Origin: Bacteroidaceae bacterium
GTDB lineage: Bacteria; Bacteroidota; Bacteroidia; Bacteroidales; Bacteroidaceae
Direction: 5' to 3'
Length of the DNA: 64,000 nt
Assembly (NCBI GenBank): GCA_017516885.1
Contig: JAFXAR010000074.1
Coordinates: 6,727 to 70,726, forward strand
Shown: piece after piece, positions 19,648 to 29,666 of the stretch
How the letters are laid out: each line of letters starts with the position of its first letter
Numbering within the stretch: the first letter of the stretch is position 1
Made by a program: the position numbers and the translations under genes
Notes under the pieces: generated by a model
Told to the model about the DNA's origin: nothing
The model's input: only the letters and a program-made list of their open reading frames with translations
Databases searched by the model: none

Positions 19648-21501
19648 ATGGCAGACAAAGAAAAAACACAGAAGGCCGACAGCATTGTAGTACGCTTCTC
19701 GGGCGACTCCGGTGACGGCATGCAGCTTGCCGGCAACATTTTCTCAACAATTTCGGCAACAGTCGGAAATGACATCTGTACATTCCCCGACTACCCCGCC
19801 GACATTCGCGCCCCGCAAGGAGTGCTGACAGGCGTATCCGGCTTTCAGGTGCATATAGGCGCTGACAAGGTTCTCACGCCCGGTGACAAATGCGACATTC
19901 TGGTAGCAATGAACCCGGCCGCACTCAAGACACAGCACAAGCACTGCAAGCCTGCTGGAGCAATAATCATAGACAGCGACTCATTCACAGAGAAAGACCT
20001 CCAGAAGGCCGAATTCAAGACCGATGACCCGATTGCGGAGTTAGGCATAACATGCGAGGTTGTCCCCTGCCCCATTACCTCAATGTGCCAGGAAACGCTA
20101 AAGGATAGCGGCATGGACAACAAGAGCATACTGCGCTGCAAGAACATGCTCGCGCTCGGTTTGGTTTGCTGGATTTACGACCGTGACCTTTCGCTGGCCG
20201 AAGGCATGCTGCGCGCAAAATTCGCAAAGAAGCCTGAGATTGCCGAGGCGAACATAAAGGTGCTGAACGCCGGATACAACATGGGACACAATACCCATAC
20301 TTCAATTTCACACACATACAGAGTGGAGAGCGATGCAAGCAAGAAGAGAGGCCGCTACATGGACATTAACGGCAACAAAGCGACAGCATACGGCCTTATG
20401 GCTGCTGCCGAAAAGGCCGGCATGAAGCTTTTCCTTGGTTCATACCCCATCACCCCTGCTACAGACATTCTGCACGAACTTGCAAAGCACAAGTCTATGG
20501 GAGTGGTTACAATGCAGGCTGAGGATGAGATTGCAGGCTGCGCATCGGCAGTAGGCGCTGCATACGCAGGAGCATTGGCATGCACATCAACATCAGGCCC
20601 GGGAATATGCCTCAAGAGCGAGGCGATAAACCTTGCTGTAATCACAGAGCTTCCGCTGGTAATAATCGACGTTCAGCGCGGCGGTCCTTCTACCGGCCTG
20701 CCAACAAAGAGCGAGCAGACCGACCTTCTGCAAGCGCTTTACGGACGCAACGGCGAGAGCCCTATGCCCGTAATTGCCGCAACATCACCCACGAACTGCT
20801 TTGACGCAGCCTTTGCTGCATGCAAGATTGCCGTGGAGCACATGACCCCGGTTATCCTGCTCAGCGACGCATTCATTGCAAACGGTTCGGCAGCATGGCA
20901 GCTCCCCGACATTGAGAAATACCCGGCAATTGTTCCTCCTTACGTTACCGAAGATATACAGGAGGGCTGGACGCCTTACAAGCGCAATCCAGAGACAGAT
21001 GTCCGCTACTGGGCCGTGCCGGGAACTCCGGGATTCGCGCACCGCATCGGAGGCCTTGAGAAGAGCGCCGCAACAGGAGCCATAAGCAACGACCCTGCGA
21101 ACCACCACAGCATGGTAGAAACCCGGGCAAGAAAAATAGAGAAAATTGCCGCTTGCATACCTGAGCAGAGGGTTGAAGGCGACGAGGATGCCGAACTGCT
21201 GATTGTAGGATTCGGCGGCACATACGGACACCTGTGCGAGACCATGCAGCAGATGCGCAGCAATGGCAAGAAGGTGGCGCTTGCCCATTTTGAATTCATT
21301 AACCCGCTTCCAAGGAACACCGAGGCAATTCTGCGCAAATACAGCAAGATTGTTGTGGCAGAGCAGAATATGGGCCAGTTCGCGGGCTATCTGCACACAA
21401 AGTTCGAGGGATTGAAATTACACAAGTACAACGAGGTGAAAGGACAGCCTTTCGCAGTTGCAGCACTTGTTGAGGCATTCACTAAAATTATGGAGGAATA
21501 A
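19648..21501 (+). CDS. korA: 2-oxoacid:acceptor (ferredoxin) oxidoreductase, alpha subunit
   Basis: 617 aa. The N-terminal gamma-like domain (RFSGDSGDGMQLAG) is fused to an alpha domain (GSYPITPATDILHEL, VQRGGPSTGLPTK). It is followed directly by the beta subunit. Confidence 0.9.
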   Translation: MADKEKTQKADSIVVRFSGDSGDGMQLAGNIFSTISATVGNDICTFPDYPADIRAPQGVLTGVSGFQVHIGADKVLTPGDKCDILVAMNPAALKTQHKHCKPAGAIIIDSDSFTEKDLQKAEFKTDDPIAELGITCEVVPCPITSMCQETLKDSGMDNKSILRCKNMLALGLVCWIYDRDLSLAEGMLRAKFAKKPEIAEANIKVLNAGYNMGHNTHTSISHTYRVESDASKKRGRYMDINGNKATAYGLMAAAEKAGMKLFLGSYPITPATDILHELAKHKSMGVVTMQAEDEIAGCASAVGAAYAGALACTSTSGPGICLKSEAINLAVITELPLVIIDVQRGGPSTGLPTKSEQTDLLQALYGRNGESPMPVIAATSPTNCFDAAFAACKIAVEHMTPVILLSDAFIANGSAAWQLPDIEKYPAIVPPYVTEDIQEGWTPYKRNPETDVRYWAVPGTPGFAHRIGGLEKSAATGAISNDPANHHSMVETRARKIEKIAACIPEQRVEGDEDAELLIVGFGGTYGHLCETMQQMRSNGKKVALAHFEFINPLPRNTEAILRKYSKIVVAEQNMGQFAGYLHTKFEGLKLHKYNEVKGQPFAVAALVEAFTKIMEE

Positions 21502-21504
21502 GAA

Positions 21505-22509
21505 ATGAGCGATTATAAGGCACAAGATTACAAATTCGGACAGCCGCGCTGGTGTCCGGGCTGCGGCGACCACTCTTTTTTGGGCGCATTGCACAAGGCA
21601 ATGAGCGAACTTGGAGTTGCTCCACATAACATTGCAGTAATTTCGGGCATTGGATGTTCATCGCGCCTGCCCTATTACATGAACACATACGGTTTCCACA
21701 CCATACACGGACGCTCGGCAGCAATTGCCACAGGCGCAAAGGTTGCCAACCCCGAGCTTACTGTTTGGCAGGTATCAGGCGACGGTGACGGACTTGCCAT
21801 AGGAGGCAATCACTTTATTCATGCAGTACGCCGCAACATCGACCTGAACATGATTCTGCTGAACAACCGCATATACGGTCTTACCAAAGGCCAGTACTCG
21901 CCCACATCGGCACGCGGTTTTGTGAGCAAGTCATCTCCTTACGGCACAGTAGAGGACCCGTTCCGCCCTGCTGAGCTATGCTTTGGAGCACGAGGCAACT
22001 TCTTTGCCCGCTGCGTAGCCACTGACATGGGTGCGGCAGTAGAGTGCCTGAAGGCTGCGGCCAAGCATAAGGGAGCATCGGTAACCGAGGTTCTGCAGAA
22101 CTGCGTAATCTTCAACAACGGCACTCACGAGAGCGTGTACACCAAGGAGGGACGCGCAAAGAATGCCATCTATCTTGAGCATGGCAAGCCAATGATTTTC
22201 GGCGAGAACCGCGAGTTCGGACTTATGCAGGAGGGATTCGGCCTGAAGGTGGTGAGAATTGGAGAGAACGGCATCACCGAGAACGACATTCTTGTCCACG
22301 ATGCTCATTGCAAGGACACCACCCTGCAACTGAAGCTCGCCCTCATGGAAGGCCCAGACTTCCCCATAGCATTGGGCGTGATACGCGATGTAGAAGCAAC
22401 AACCTACAACGACGCTGTGCATGCTCAGGTAGAGGAGGTCAAGAGCGCAAAGAAGTATCACAACTTCAGCGAGCTGCTCGAGACTAACGAAATTTGGGAA
22501 ATCAAGTAA
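21505..22509 (+). CDS. korB: 2-oxoacid:ferredoxin oxidoreductase, beta subunit (TPP-binding)
   Basis: The motifs WCPGCGDHS, GIGCSSR and the TPP motif SGDGDGLAIGGNH are present. Confidence 0.9.
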   Translation: MSDYKAQDYKFGQPRWCPGCGDHSFLGALHKAMSELGVAPHNIAVISGIGCSSRLPYYMNTYGFHTIHGRSAAIATGAKVANPELTVWQVSGDGDGLAIGGNHFIHAVRRNIDLNMILLNNRIYGLTKGQYSPTSARGFVSKSSPYGTVEDPFRPAELCFGARGNFFARCVATDMGAAVECLKAAAKHKGASVTEVLQNCVIFNNGTHESVYTKEGRAKNAIYLEHGKPMIFGENREFGLMQEGFGLKVVRIGENGITENDILVHDAHCKDTTLQLKLALMEGPDFPIALGVIRDVEATTYNDAVHAQVEEVKSAKKYHNFSELLETNEIWEIK

Positions 22510-22543
22510 GAAATTATCTCATAACCTTCAGAACAACGATAAG

Positions 22544-23599
22544 ATGATTATGAACAGAAGGATTTTAATTCTGATGATTTCCTTTTTATATCTGTTTGCA
22601 GGCACAGCGCTTGCAAACAGATATAATAACGAAGATGGGGATGAAACAGGCTATTTCAATGCAGGTGCAGAGATAGAATCCTTATGGAATTTAACAGGAG
22701 AATATTTAGCAGGTTATAAAGCCGCCGAAGCGTATTACGAAGAGGTTGCCGGTCATAGATTCCTATCGAACCGTGGACATGACCCCATTCCGGAACCTGA
22801 CAATCTGGTGGAATACTTCGCAAAGGTTCCGGACGAGATAATTGCAGTTGAAGGATGGCATTATGAACCTGGAGACTTAGAAACCAGAGACAAGTGTATC
22901 GAAAATTTTCGGGATGCCATCAAAGAGTTACAGTTATACTCCGAAGGCAAACTCCGGACATTTCCAAAAGAGAAAATCCATGAAGCATTCTTTACAATTT
23001 ACCACACGGCTTCAATGTTAGAGAGTGAGGCCGGTACACCTTTAATATGGAATCTTCTATGTTTCAGGCTAATGGAACAGACAGTAAGGTTATGCCCCGA
23101 CATAAGGATGCTGACAGATATGGTAACCGATGACGGCAGGGCCGCAATAATCGACTTGAAGAAAGAAACAGAAGAAAACTATCCAGGTAATTACCAACCT
23201 CAGTTCAATTTTATTGTGACAATCAATGAAAATGGTGAAAAGATTCTACATACAGGATCAGAGAACCGTATATACAGATTCACAAACAAGAAAGGTGAGA
23301 GTTATTACTTGGCGTCAAGCCATGGGGAATACATCTCCCCTTATAACAATGCTCTTTTATCATGTTCCATCAGTAATGGCAATTATTTTTTTGAGATAGA
23401 CGGGGAAGATGTTTTCCGCAAATGGTATCATGGCGTTGAGGAGCATGGTTATCATTATGGATTATGCGAACATATCGTGTTCAATCCCAAAGAGATCAGT
23501 TGGACAAAATGCACACAGAACGGAGACCTTTATCATCAGATAGAGGGAACTAAAAAATTATATCTTGACATAGAAGAAATCAGATTCTACACAAAATAA
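22544..23599 (+). CDS. Hypothetical secreted protein (A+T-rich orphan)
   Basis: The signal peptide is MNRRILILMISFLYLFAGTALA. No family motif was recognised. The coding sequence is visibly more A+T-rich than its neighbours. Confidence 0.6.
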   Translation: MIMNRRILILMISFLYLFAGTALANRYNNEDGDETGYFNAGAEIESLWNLTGEYLAGYKAAEAYYEEVAGHRFLSNRGHDPIPEPDNLVEYFAKVPDEIIAVEGWHYEPGDLETRDKCIENFRDAIKELQLYSEGKLRTFPKEKIHEAFFTIYHTASMLESEAGTPLIWNLLCFRLMEQTVRLCPDIRMLTDMVTDDGRAAIIDLKKETEENYPGNYQPQFNFIVTINENGEKILHTGSENRIYRFTNKKGESYYLASSHGEYISPYNNALLSCSISNGNYFFEIDGEDVFRKWYHGVEEHGYHYGLCEHIVFNPKEISWTKCTQNGDLYHQIEGTKKLYLDIEEIRFYTK

Positions 23600-23622
23600 C
23601 GGCAAACATGCCAATATCTTAT

Positions 23623-23661
23623 ACAGCAAAGGGAGTGCGTATGATGCACTCCCTTTGCTGT
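23623..23661 (+). terminator. Intrinsic terminator hairpin
   Basis: acagcaaagggagtgc-gtatgat-gcactccctttgctgt forms a perfect 16-bp stem, 24 nt after the stop of the orphan gene. Confidence 0.7.
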
Positions 23662-23938
23662 ATGTTAATGGATGGAACTATAAAATTATCTAAGATTCCT
23701 GAAAATATTTTCTTATAGGAAGAATACTATTTTAAACAGTTCCTAAAAATATTATACAAAAAACTGCAAAAATATTTCAACAAGAAAAATATTTAACTAC
23801 TTTTGAAATTGGTAAAATAGGTATAACAGACCGCAAAAAATCATAATTTTACGATTATACTGAAAAACTTATTAAACTTTAACCATTGGGGCGAAATTGC
23901 TTTCAAAAAGCAAGCAGCCCCGAAATAAAAAAAACAAT

Positions 23939-26900
23939 ATGAAACTACTAAGATTGGTTGGGAGGTCGCTGGCTGCAGCAGCCCTCATTGGAATTCCGCT
24001 TTCCTTCGTGCCCGCTTCGGCATGGGCAAGCACAACCGCCGTACAGCAAGACAATCAGTACGGAACAGTAAAGGGTACAGTAAAATCGGACAAAGGCGAA
24101 GAGCTTATCGGAGCATTGGTCTTTGTTGTAGGCACTCAGAACTCTGCATTCGTGGATGTTGACGGAACATTTGTTCTGAGGAACGTAAAGAAAGGCTCGA
24201 CACTGCGCGCCGACCTCATTGGATATGTAAGCCAGGATGTCGTATGGAACGGAGGCACTTTGAACATCGTACTCAAAGAGGAAGACAACCAGCTCGAAGA
24301 GCTTGTTGTAACAGCCATGGGTATCATGCGTAAGGAGAAGTCACTTACATACGCTACCCAAATGATTAAGGCTGACGAACTCTTCAAGGCGCCCGATGCA
24401 AACCTTATCAACTCGCTTGAGGGTAAAGTATCAGGTATCACCATCACTCCAAGTGCCGGAGGCGCCGGAGGTGCATCAAAAATCACTCTTCGCGGCAACA
24501 AGTCAATCATGGGCGACAATGCTCCGCTTATTGTTGTGGACGGTGTGCCTATGACAAACAGCATCCGCGGCCAGATTGGCGACCCTGCAACACTTACATC
24601 GGGCAGCAACACTGAGGGAAGCGACCCGCTGTCAATGATTAACCCTGATGACATTGAGTCAATGAACGTGCTCAAGGGTGCAAACGCAGCAGCCCTTTAC
24701 GGTTCACGCGCAGCAAACGGCGTTGTAATGATTACAACCAAGAAGGGTAAAGAGGGCAAGATGGAGATTACATTCAACTCAAACACAACATTTGACACTC
24801 CTCTGCTTACACCCGAACTGCAGAACGCATACGGCGGCTACCGTTCGGCAAACAGCACACTGCTCAACAACAGCTGGGGCGACCGTTTGAGCGGCAACGG
24901 CAAGCACATATACCAATATGCGGCAGAAAAGCAGTATTTCCAGACAACAAATGCCGACGGCACGCCTCACATGCTCAATGCCTACCTGCGCAATTATGCA
25001 AATGATGACATTGCCGACTTCTATGACTTGGGCGTGAACACAACAAATTCAATTTCAGTGTCAGGCGGTACAGAGAAGATACAGACTTATGCATCTTACT
25101 CAAACACCCACTCTATAGGCATGATTGAGAGCAACCGCTACAACCGCAACACATTTGCCTTCCGCCAGAACTATAAGCTTTGGGACCGCATCACATTGGG
25201 CGTAAACGTAAACTACAATCAGGCAAAGACAAAGAACCGTATCGGCGGCGGTACATTGGGCAACCCCATCTACCACCTCTACACAGCGCCACGCGACGTT
25301 GACATGGAATACTACAAGGACAACTACTCGGCAAAGGGACAGTGGTGGTCATCGGGCAATGCTGAGGGCGAGGGCACTCAGAACTGGTTTGAGGATATAG
25401 GCGGCTTGTGGCTTGAGCACAGAGACCATGCACTTCTTGAAGGCCCTATGCAGCAGTATGCATTCCAGTCTCCGGCTATCAACAACCCATACTGGCTGAC
25501 CAACATGAACTTTGGAACAAGCAACGAAGAGCGTTTCTCTGCATCTTTCAATGCTACAGTAAATATTCTTGAAGGACTTAACTTCCAGGCACGCGTTTCA
25601 ATTGACCACTCTAAATACCAGGCAGAGGGCGGCCGCTACGCTACTACATGGTACGACACGGAGATGTATCGTTACGGCACATACTACCTTGACAACAGCC
25701 GTACAAATGAGATATACACCGACTACATGCTCTCTTATAACAAGGAGTTCGGAAAAGACTGGTCACTCTCTGCTACAGCCGGTTATGTAGGCCACACAAT
25801 CAAGGGCAATGCAACAAGCACATACCTTGGCAATGCAACCGACGACATGCACAGAGGCGGTGTTGCAGTAGGCATACCGACAAGTATAAACATGTTTGAG
25901 CCAAACTATGGCGGAGCAGGTGTAACAAGCAAGAGCAAGAGTTCAAATTGGGACCAGGCTGCGCTTGCAACAATGCAGGTAGGATGGAAAGATGTGCTTT
26001 TTGTTGATGCATCATACCGCCAGGACTGGTATCGTCCTTTCCGCCAGTTCTCATACCTTGGCACTGACGAGAGCTACGGATACTTCGGCGTAGGTGCAAA
26101 CGCAATCCTCAGCGACATGATAAAGCTGCCCGAATGGTTCACATACGCAAAATACCGTTTGAGCTATTCTGAAGTTGGTAACTCTATCCCTAACACCCTC
26201 TATAACACAATCCGTTTAAACAATGTCCTTGGAACTGCCGGCATTTCTTCAAGAAACTTCTTTATTCCCGAGCCGGAGAAGACAAAGTCATTTGAGACCG
26301 GTCTTGAAATGCAGTTCTTTGATGACTGCCTGGATTTTGATATTACCTATTATAATTCAGCAATGCACAAGTCATATCTCGAAGTTGCCGGCACAAACGG
26401 CAAGATGCAGCCGGTAAACAGCGGTATCATCCGCAACCAGGGTATTGAGCTCTCTGTAGGCTATGACTGGAAAATAAACAAGAACTGGCGCTGGCAGACA
26501 TCGGCAAACTTCTCATACAACCACAATGAGATTGAGGCAACCAGCAAGGATAAATGGGGCAACCACAAGGATATGGCAACCTCAATTGCCGGCGGAAAGA
26601 TTCAGTTGCTCTACAGAAAGGGCGGCGCATACGGCGACCTTTACATAACAGACTTTACACGCTATAACAGCGATGTTTACAAATACACCGTAAAGGAGAC
26701 TGTAATTATAGACCGCATACCAACCGAAGTTGAAGTGACACGTTACAGCAACGCTCCTGTAACTGATGCCAACGGCGAAGTCATAAGTACACTTGTAAAC
26801 AAGGCCGGCGACATTTACATCACTAACGGCAAGCCATCACTTGGCGGTTATGTATCTGTAACAGACGGAGGCAAATTGCGCGTACGCGATTCAAACAAGA

Positions 26901-27454
26901 AGTTCCAGAAGTTTGCCGGCAATGTAAACAGCAAATACCAGCTCTCTTGGTCAAACACATTCAAGTACAAGGACTTCTCACTCTACGTTCTCATCAATGG
27001 CCGCATCGGCGGCAAGGTTGTTTCGCTCACCGAGGGCTATCTTGACGAGATTGGTTCATCAGAGCGCAGCGGTGCCGCACGTCTCAATGCTGAGAAGAAC
27101 GGCATCTACACTGAGGACGGACGCCTTGGCATGTATCTGAATGGCGGACGCGACCTTGTATCGGTTGAAGACTACTACACATTCGTGGGTTCAAGCTATG
27201 TAGGCGACTACATATATGACGCAACAAACTTCCGCTTGCGCGAACTCTCGCTCGGCTACACTTTCCGCAACCTCTTTGGCGAGAACAAGAACCTGAGCCT
27301 GTCACTCGTTTGCCGCAACCTCTTCTTCCTTTACAAGGATTCACCGGTTGACCCAGACGTATCATTGTCAACAGCAAACGGTTTGGGCGGCATTGACGTA
27401 TTCAACTATCCGTCGGCACGCTCATTTGGCCTCAACATAAAGGTGAACCTCTAA
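23939..27454 (+). CDS. SusC/RagA-family TonB-linked outer membrane transporter
   Basis: The ATG at 23939 (MKLLRLVGRSLAAAALIG) is preferred over the TTG extension. Evidence includes a CarbopepD_reg domain (GTVKGTVKSDKGEELIGALVFV), the TonB-box/plug region LEELVVTAMGI...SLTYA and NVLKGANAAALYGSRAANGVVMITTKKG, and a C-terminal ARSFGLNIKVNL. Confidence 0.95.
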   Translation: MKLLRLVGRSLAAAALIGIPLSFVPASAWASTTAVQQDNQYGTVKGTVKSDKGEELIGALVFVVGTQNSAFVDVDGTFVLRNVKKGSTLRADLIGYVSQDVVWNGGTLNIVLKEEDNQLEELVVTAMGIMRKEKSLTYATQMIKADELFKAPDANLINSLEGKVSGITITPSAGGAGGASKITLRGNKSIMGDNAPLIVVDGVPMTNSIRGQIGDPATLTSGSNTEGSDPLSMINPDDIESMNVLKGANAAALYGSRAANGVVMITTKKGKEGKMEITFNSNTTFDTPLLTPELQNAYGGYRSANSTLLNNSWGDRLSGNGKHIYQYAAEKQYFQTTNADGTPHMLNAYLRNYANDDIADFYDLGVNTTNSISVSGGTEKIQTYASYSNTHSIGMIESNRYNRNTFAFRQNYKLWDRITLGVNVNYNQAKTKNRIGGGTLGNPIYHLYTAPRDVDMEYYKDNYSAKGQWWSSGNAEGEGTQNWFEDIGGLWLEHRDHALLEGPMQQYAFQSPAINNPYWLTNMNFGTSNEERFSASFNATVNILEGLNFQARVSIDHSKYQAEGGRYATTWYDTEMYRYGTYYLDNSRTNEIYTDYMLSYNKEFGKDWSLSATAGYVGHTIKGNATSTYLGNATDDMHRGGVAVGIPTSINMFEPNYGGAGVTSKSKSSNWDQAALATMQVGWKDVLFVDASYRQDWYRPFRQFSYLGTDESYGYFGVGANAILSDMIKLPEWFTYAKYRLSYSEVGNSIPNTLYNTIRLNNVLGTAGISSRNFFIPEPEKTKSFETGLEMQFFDDCLDFDITYYNSAMHKSYLEVAGTNGKMQPVNSGIIRNQGIELSVGYDWKINKNWRWQTSANFSYNHNEIEATSKDKWGNHKDMATSIAGGKIQLLYRKGGAYGDLYITDFTRYNSDVYKYTVKETVIIDRIPTEVEVTRYSNAPVTDANGEVISTLVNKAGDIYITNGKPSLGGYVSVTDGGKLRVRDSNKKFQKFAGNVNSKYQLSWSNTFKYKDFSLYVLINGRIGGKVVSLTEGYLDEIGSSERSGAARLNAEKNGIYTEDGRLGMYLNGGRDLVSVEDYYTFVGSSYVGDYIYDATNFRLRELSLGYTFRNLFGENKNLSLSLVCRNLFFLYKDSPVDPDVSLSTANGLGGIDVFNYPSARSFGLNIKVNL

Positions 27455-27499
27455 TAAAGAGCAATTGCAAGAATTAACAACTAAACTAATTTTGAAACT

Positions 27500-29299
27500 A
27501 TGAACAAGAAATATATTTTGCTGGCAGGCTCGCTGTTCTTTGCCTCAATAGCAATGCAATCGTGTCTCGACTATGACGACCCAGGTGACGAAGCCAACAT
27601 GAATGTCATTGGAACAGAGACAACTATCCACGTTGGTAATGTTGACAGCATACCTTACCACAACCAGCCTACACCCGAAGGTGTAGATGCAGCGATAGAC
27701 ACGCTGCAAAACAAGTACAGATACTTTGGCCAGTGCCTCAGCGGCATATACATGATGCGTGGCGGCAAAGAGGGACAGATGCCCGGTGACCACGCTTACC
27801 AGCGCCAGTACAGTCTTGGACCGGACCTTTATGCACAGTACTTCACCGTACCTCACAAGGACTTCATGTACGGAACACTGACTTCTACTTATAACGTATC
27901 AGCGGAATTCAACGGCGGCCCTCTCGGCGCATACACAATGGCCAAGAATGCATTCATGCCAATGCTTAACCACCCGCTCGTTGACTCTATTCCTGAAATC
28001 AAGGCCATCAACCTGCTCTACTACTCGCTTATAGCACAGGAGCAGGCCGACCTGTCCGGACCATACACATACCTCGAGGACAAGAAGAACTCTCAGGAGC
28101 CCGAGGAGTACAACGATGTAAAAACCATCTACTACGGCATTGTAGAGAATATTGACACAATCGTTGCCTGCCTCAAGCACTTTGAGACACGCCCCGACTG
28201 GTACAAGGAGAAGATTCAAAACATTGTTGTCGAGAACTTCACAACCAGCTACGGGCTTCTTGGCGGAGACTACAGCCTCAACTCATACATAAAGTTTGCA
28301 AACTCGCTGAAGCTTCGCATGGCCATGCATATTGTGAAGGTTGAACCAGAAACCGCAAAGAAATGGGCCGAGGAGGCCGTTGCAAGCGGCGTAATCGAAG
28401 GCATTTACGACCAGCACGGCGTAATACCTATGATAAACAGCTTTACACACCCTATTGTGAACATTGCCAACGGATGGGGTGACCTCCGCCTTTGCGCATC
28501 ATTTGAGAGCCTTCTCATGAGCCTTGACCACCCATATACAAAGTATCTGTTCCTGCCTAACAGCAATGACATCCCTAATGCCAAGACAGGCGAAGTGCTG
28601 CCGGCGGGTTCACGCATTTGCGGTATCCGTGCAGGCGTTCTCGTAGGAGATGGCCAGACATACGCACTCAACAAGCGCCAGGCTTACTCAAGTTTCAGCA
28701 GCGAGGTGGTAGCCAGCAAGCGCTGTCCTGCTTACTTCATAAAATGGGCCGAGGTTGACTTCCTTCGTGCCGAAGGCGCACTCCGCGGCTGGGAGATGGG
28801 CGGCAGCGCACAGTTCTTCTATGAGCGCGGCATCCAGAATGCGTTCATGGAGGACCCATTGACAGGTTCACAGTACTCAGGATATGTAAATGCATATATG
28901 CAACAGGAGAAGCCTGTTGAATATGTCAGTGTTGACCCTATCGGCGACGGTGAGCCTTGGCCAAGCGTAACAACCATCGGAGTAAAATGGAACGAGGCCG
29001 ACGACAACGAGACCAAGCTCGAAAAGATTATAACCCAGAAGTACATTGCACTCTTCCCGCTTTCAACTGAAGCATGGGCAGAAATGCGCCGTACCGGCTA
29101 TCCCAAGATGTTCCCTGTACTTAATGCCGATGACGGCGACGGTTCAATTGACCAGGGTGACATGATACGCCGCATCCCTTGGGTTCCAACAGACCCTGTA
29201 GCAGCAAGCATGGTTGAGGCCAGCGGCATTCCGGCGCTTGGAGGCCCGGACGAGCAGGCTACACGTCTCTGGTGGGACGTTGACGCAGCGAACTTCTAA
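27500..29299 (+). CDS. SusD/RagB-family nutrient-binding outer membrane lipoprotein
   Basis: The lipoprotein signal ends ...IAMQSC. The C-terminal motif KYIALFPLSTEAWAEMRRTGYPKMFPV is typical of SusD-like proteins. It lies directly downstream of SusC. Confidence 0.9.
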   Translation: MNKKYILLAGSLFFASIAMQSCLDYDDPGDEANMNVIGTETTIHVGNVDSIPYHNQPTPEGVDAAIDTLQNKYRYFGQCLSGIYMMRGGKEGQMPGDHAYQRQYSLGPDLYAQYFTVPHKDFMYGTLTSTYNVSAEFNGGPLGAYTMAKNAFMPMLNHPLVDSIPEIKAINLLYYSLIAQEQADLSGPYTYLEDKKNSQEPEEYNDVKTIYYGIVENIDTIVACLKHFETRPDWYKEKIQNIVVENFTTSYGLLGGDYSLNSYIKFANSLKLRMAMHIVKVEPETAKKWAEEAVASGVIEGIYDQHGVIPMINSFTHPIVNIANGWGDLRLCASFESLLMSLDHPYTKYLFLPNSNDIPNAKTGEVLPAGSRICGIRAGVLVGDGQTYALNKRQAYSSFSSEVVASKRCPAYFIKWAEVDFLRAEGALRGWEMGGSAQFFYERGIQNAFMEDPLTGSQYSGYVNAYMQQEKPVEYVSVDPIGDGEPWPSVTTIGVKWNEADDNETKLEKIITQKYIALFPLSTEAWAEMRRTGYPKMFPVLNADDGDGSIDQGDMIRRIPWVPTDPVAASMVEASGIPALGGPDEQATRLWWDVDAANF

Positions 29300-29303
29300 C
29301 AAA

Positions 29304-29352
29304 ACTTGAAACAATCAATCCCCGCCCCCAGCGGGGATTGATTGTTTCAAGT
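29304..29352 (+). other. Perfect 22-bp stem hairpin between susD-like and GH85 genes (no trailing T-run)
   Basis: acttgaaacaatcaatccccgc-cccca-gcggggattgattgtttcaagt, read directly. Confidence 0.8.
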
Positions 29353-29493
29353 CCAATTACCGCAGGAAAAGCGAAATAGCCGAAACTCGCTTCTGCAAGA
29401 AAATACTTTTTAGAAAATTAAACAGCTTCTAAAAACTTCTTAAAAGACCTCTAATTTTATTGCCAAAATCACATACTTTATAATAAATATAAT

Positions 29494-29501
29494 TATATTT
29501 G
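29494..29501 (+). promoter_or_regulatory. Candidate Bacteroidetes -7 promoter box (TATATTTG) upstream of GH85 gene
   Basis: It matches the TAnnTTTG consensus. No clean -33 TTTG lies at the expected spacing. It is 166 nt upstream of the GH85 ATG. Confidence 0.35.
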
Positions 29502-29666
29502 CTAATATGGAACAGTGGTGCCAGGCATTGCAAAATAACACTATGAAAGTCGTTTGGAACTACAGCTGTAAATTTAACACCATCCACTGCAAATTAGAGG
29601 AATTTAGACAAACAAACTGCGAAAAAGAGATAATTTTAATTTATACTAACCATTAAAAACGAATCT

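Noticed and set aside
20785-21396. Long antisense or alternative-frame ORFs inside confirmed genes, for example 20785..21396(-) in korA, 12030..12686(-) across MFP/RND, 35861..36451(-) in typA, 55620..56225(-) in the AAA+ gene, 59298..60029(+) in GH92 and 62997..63518(+) across fabF/acpP
   Set aside because: Each lies entirely within, or overlaps, a gene with strong family motifs on the other strand or frame. Their composition (Arg/Cys/His-rich, no motifs) is typical of shadow ORFs in ~50% G+C DNA.
29507-29656. 49-aa Cys-rich small ORF (MEQWCQALQNNTMKVVWNYSCKFNTIHCKLEEF...) in the leader of the GH85 gene, starting right after the -7 box
   Set aside because: It is tempting as a leader peptide, but I have no conservation or translation evidence. 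The region is A+T-rich, where chance ORFs of this size are common. It is treated as 5' UTR unless comparative data say otherwise.
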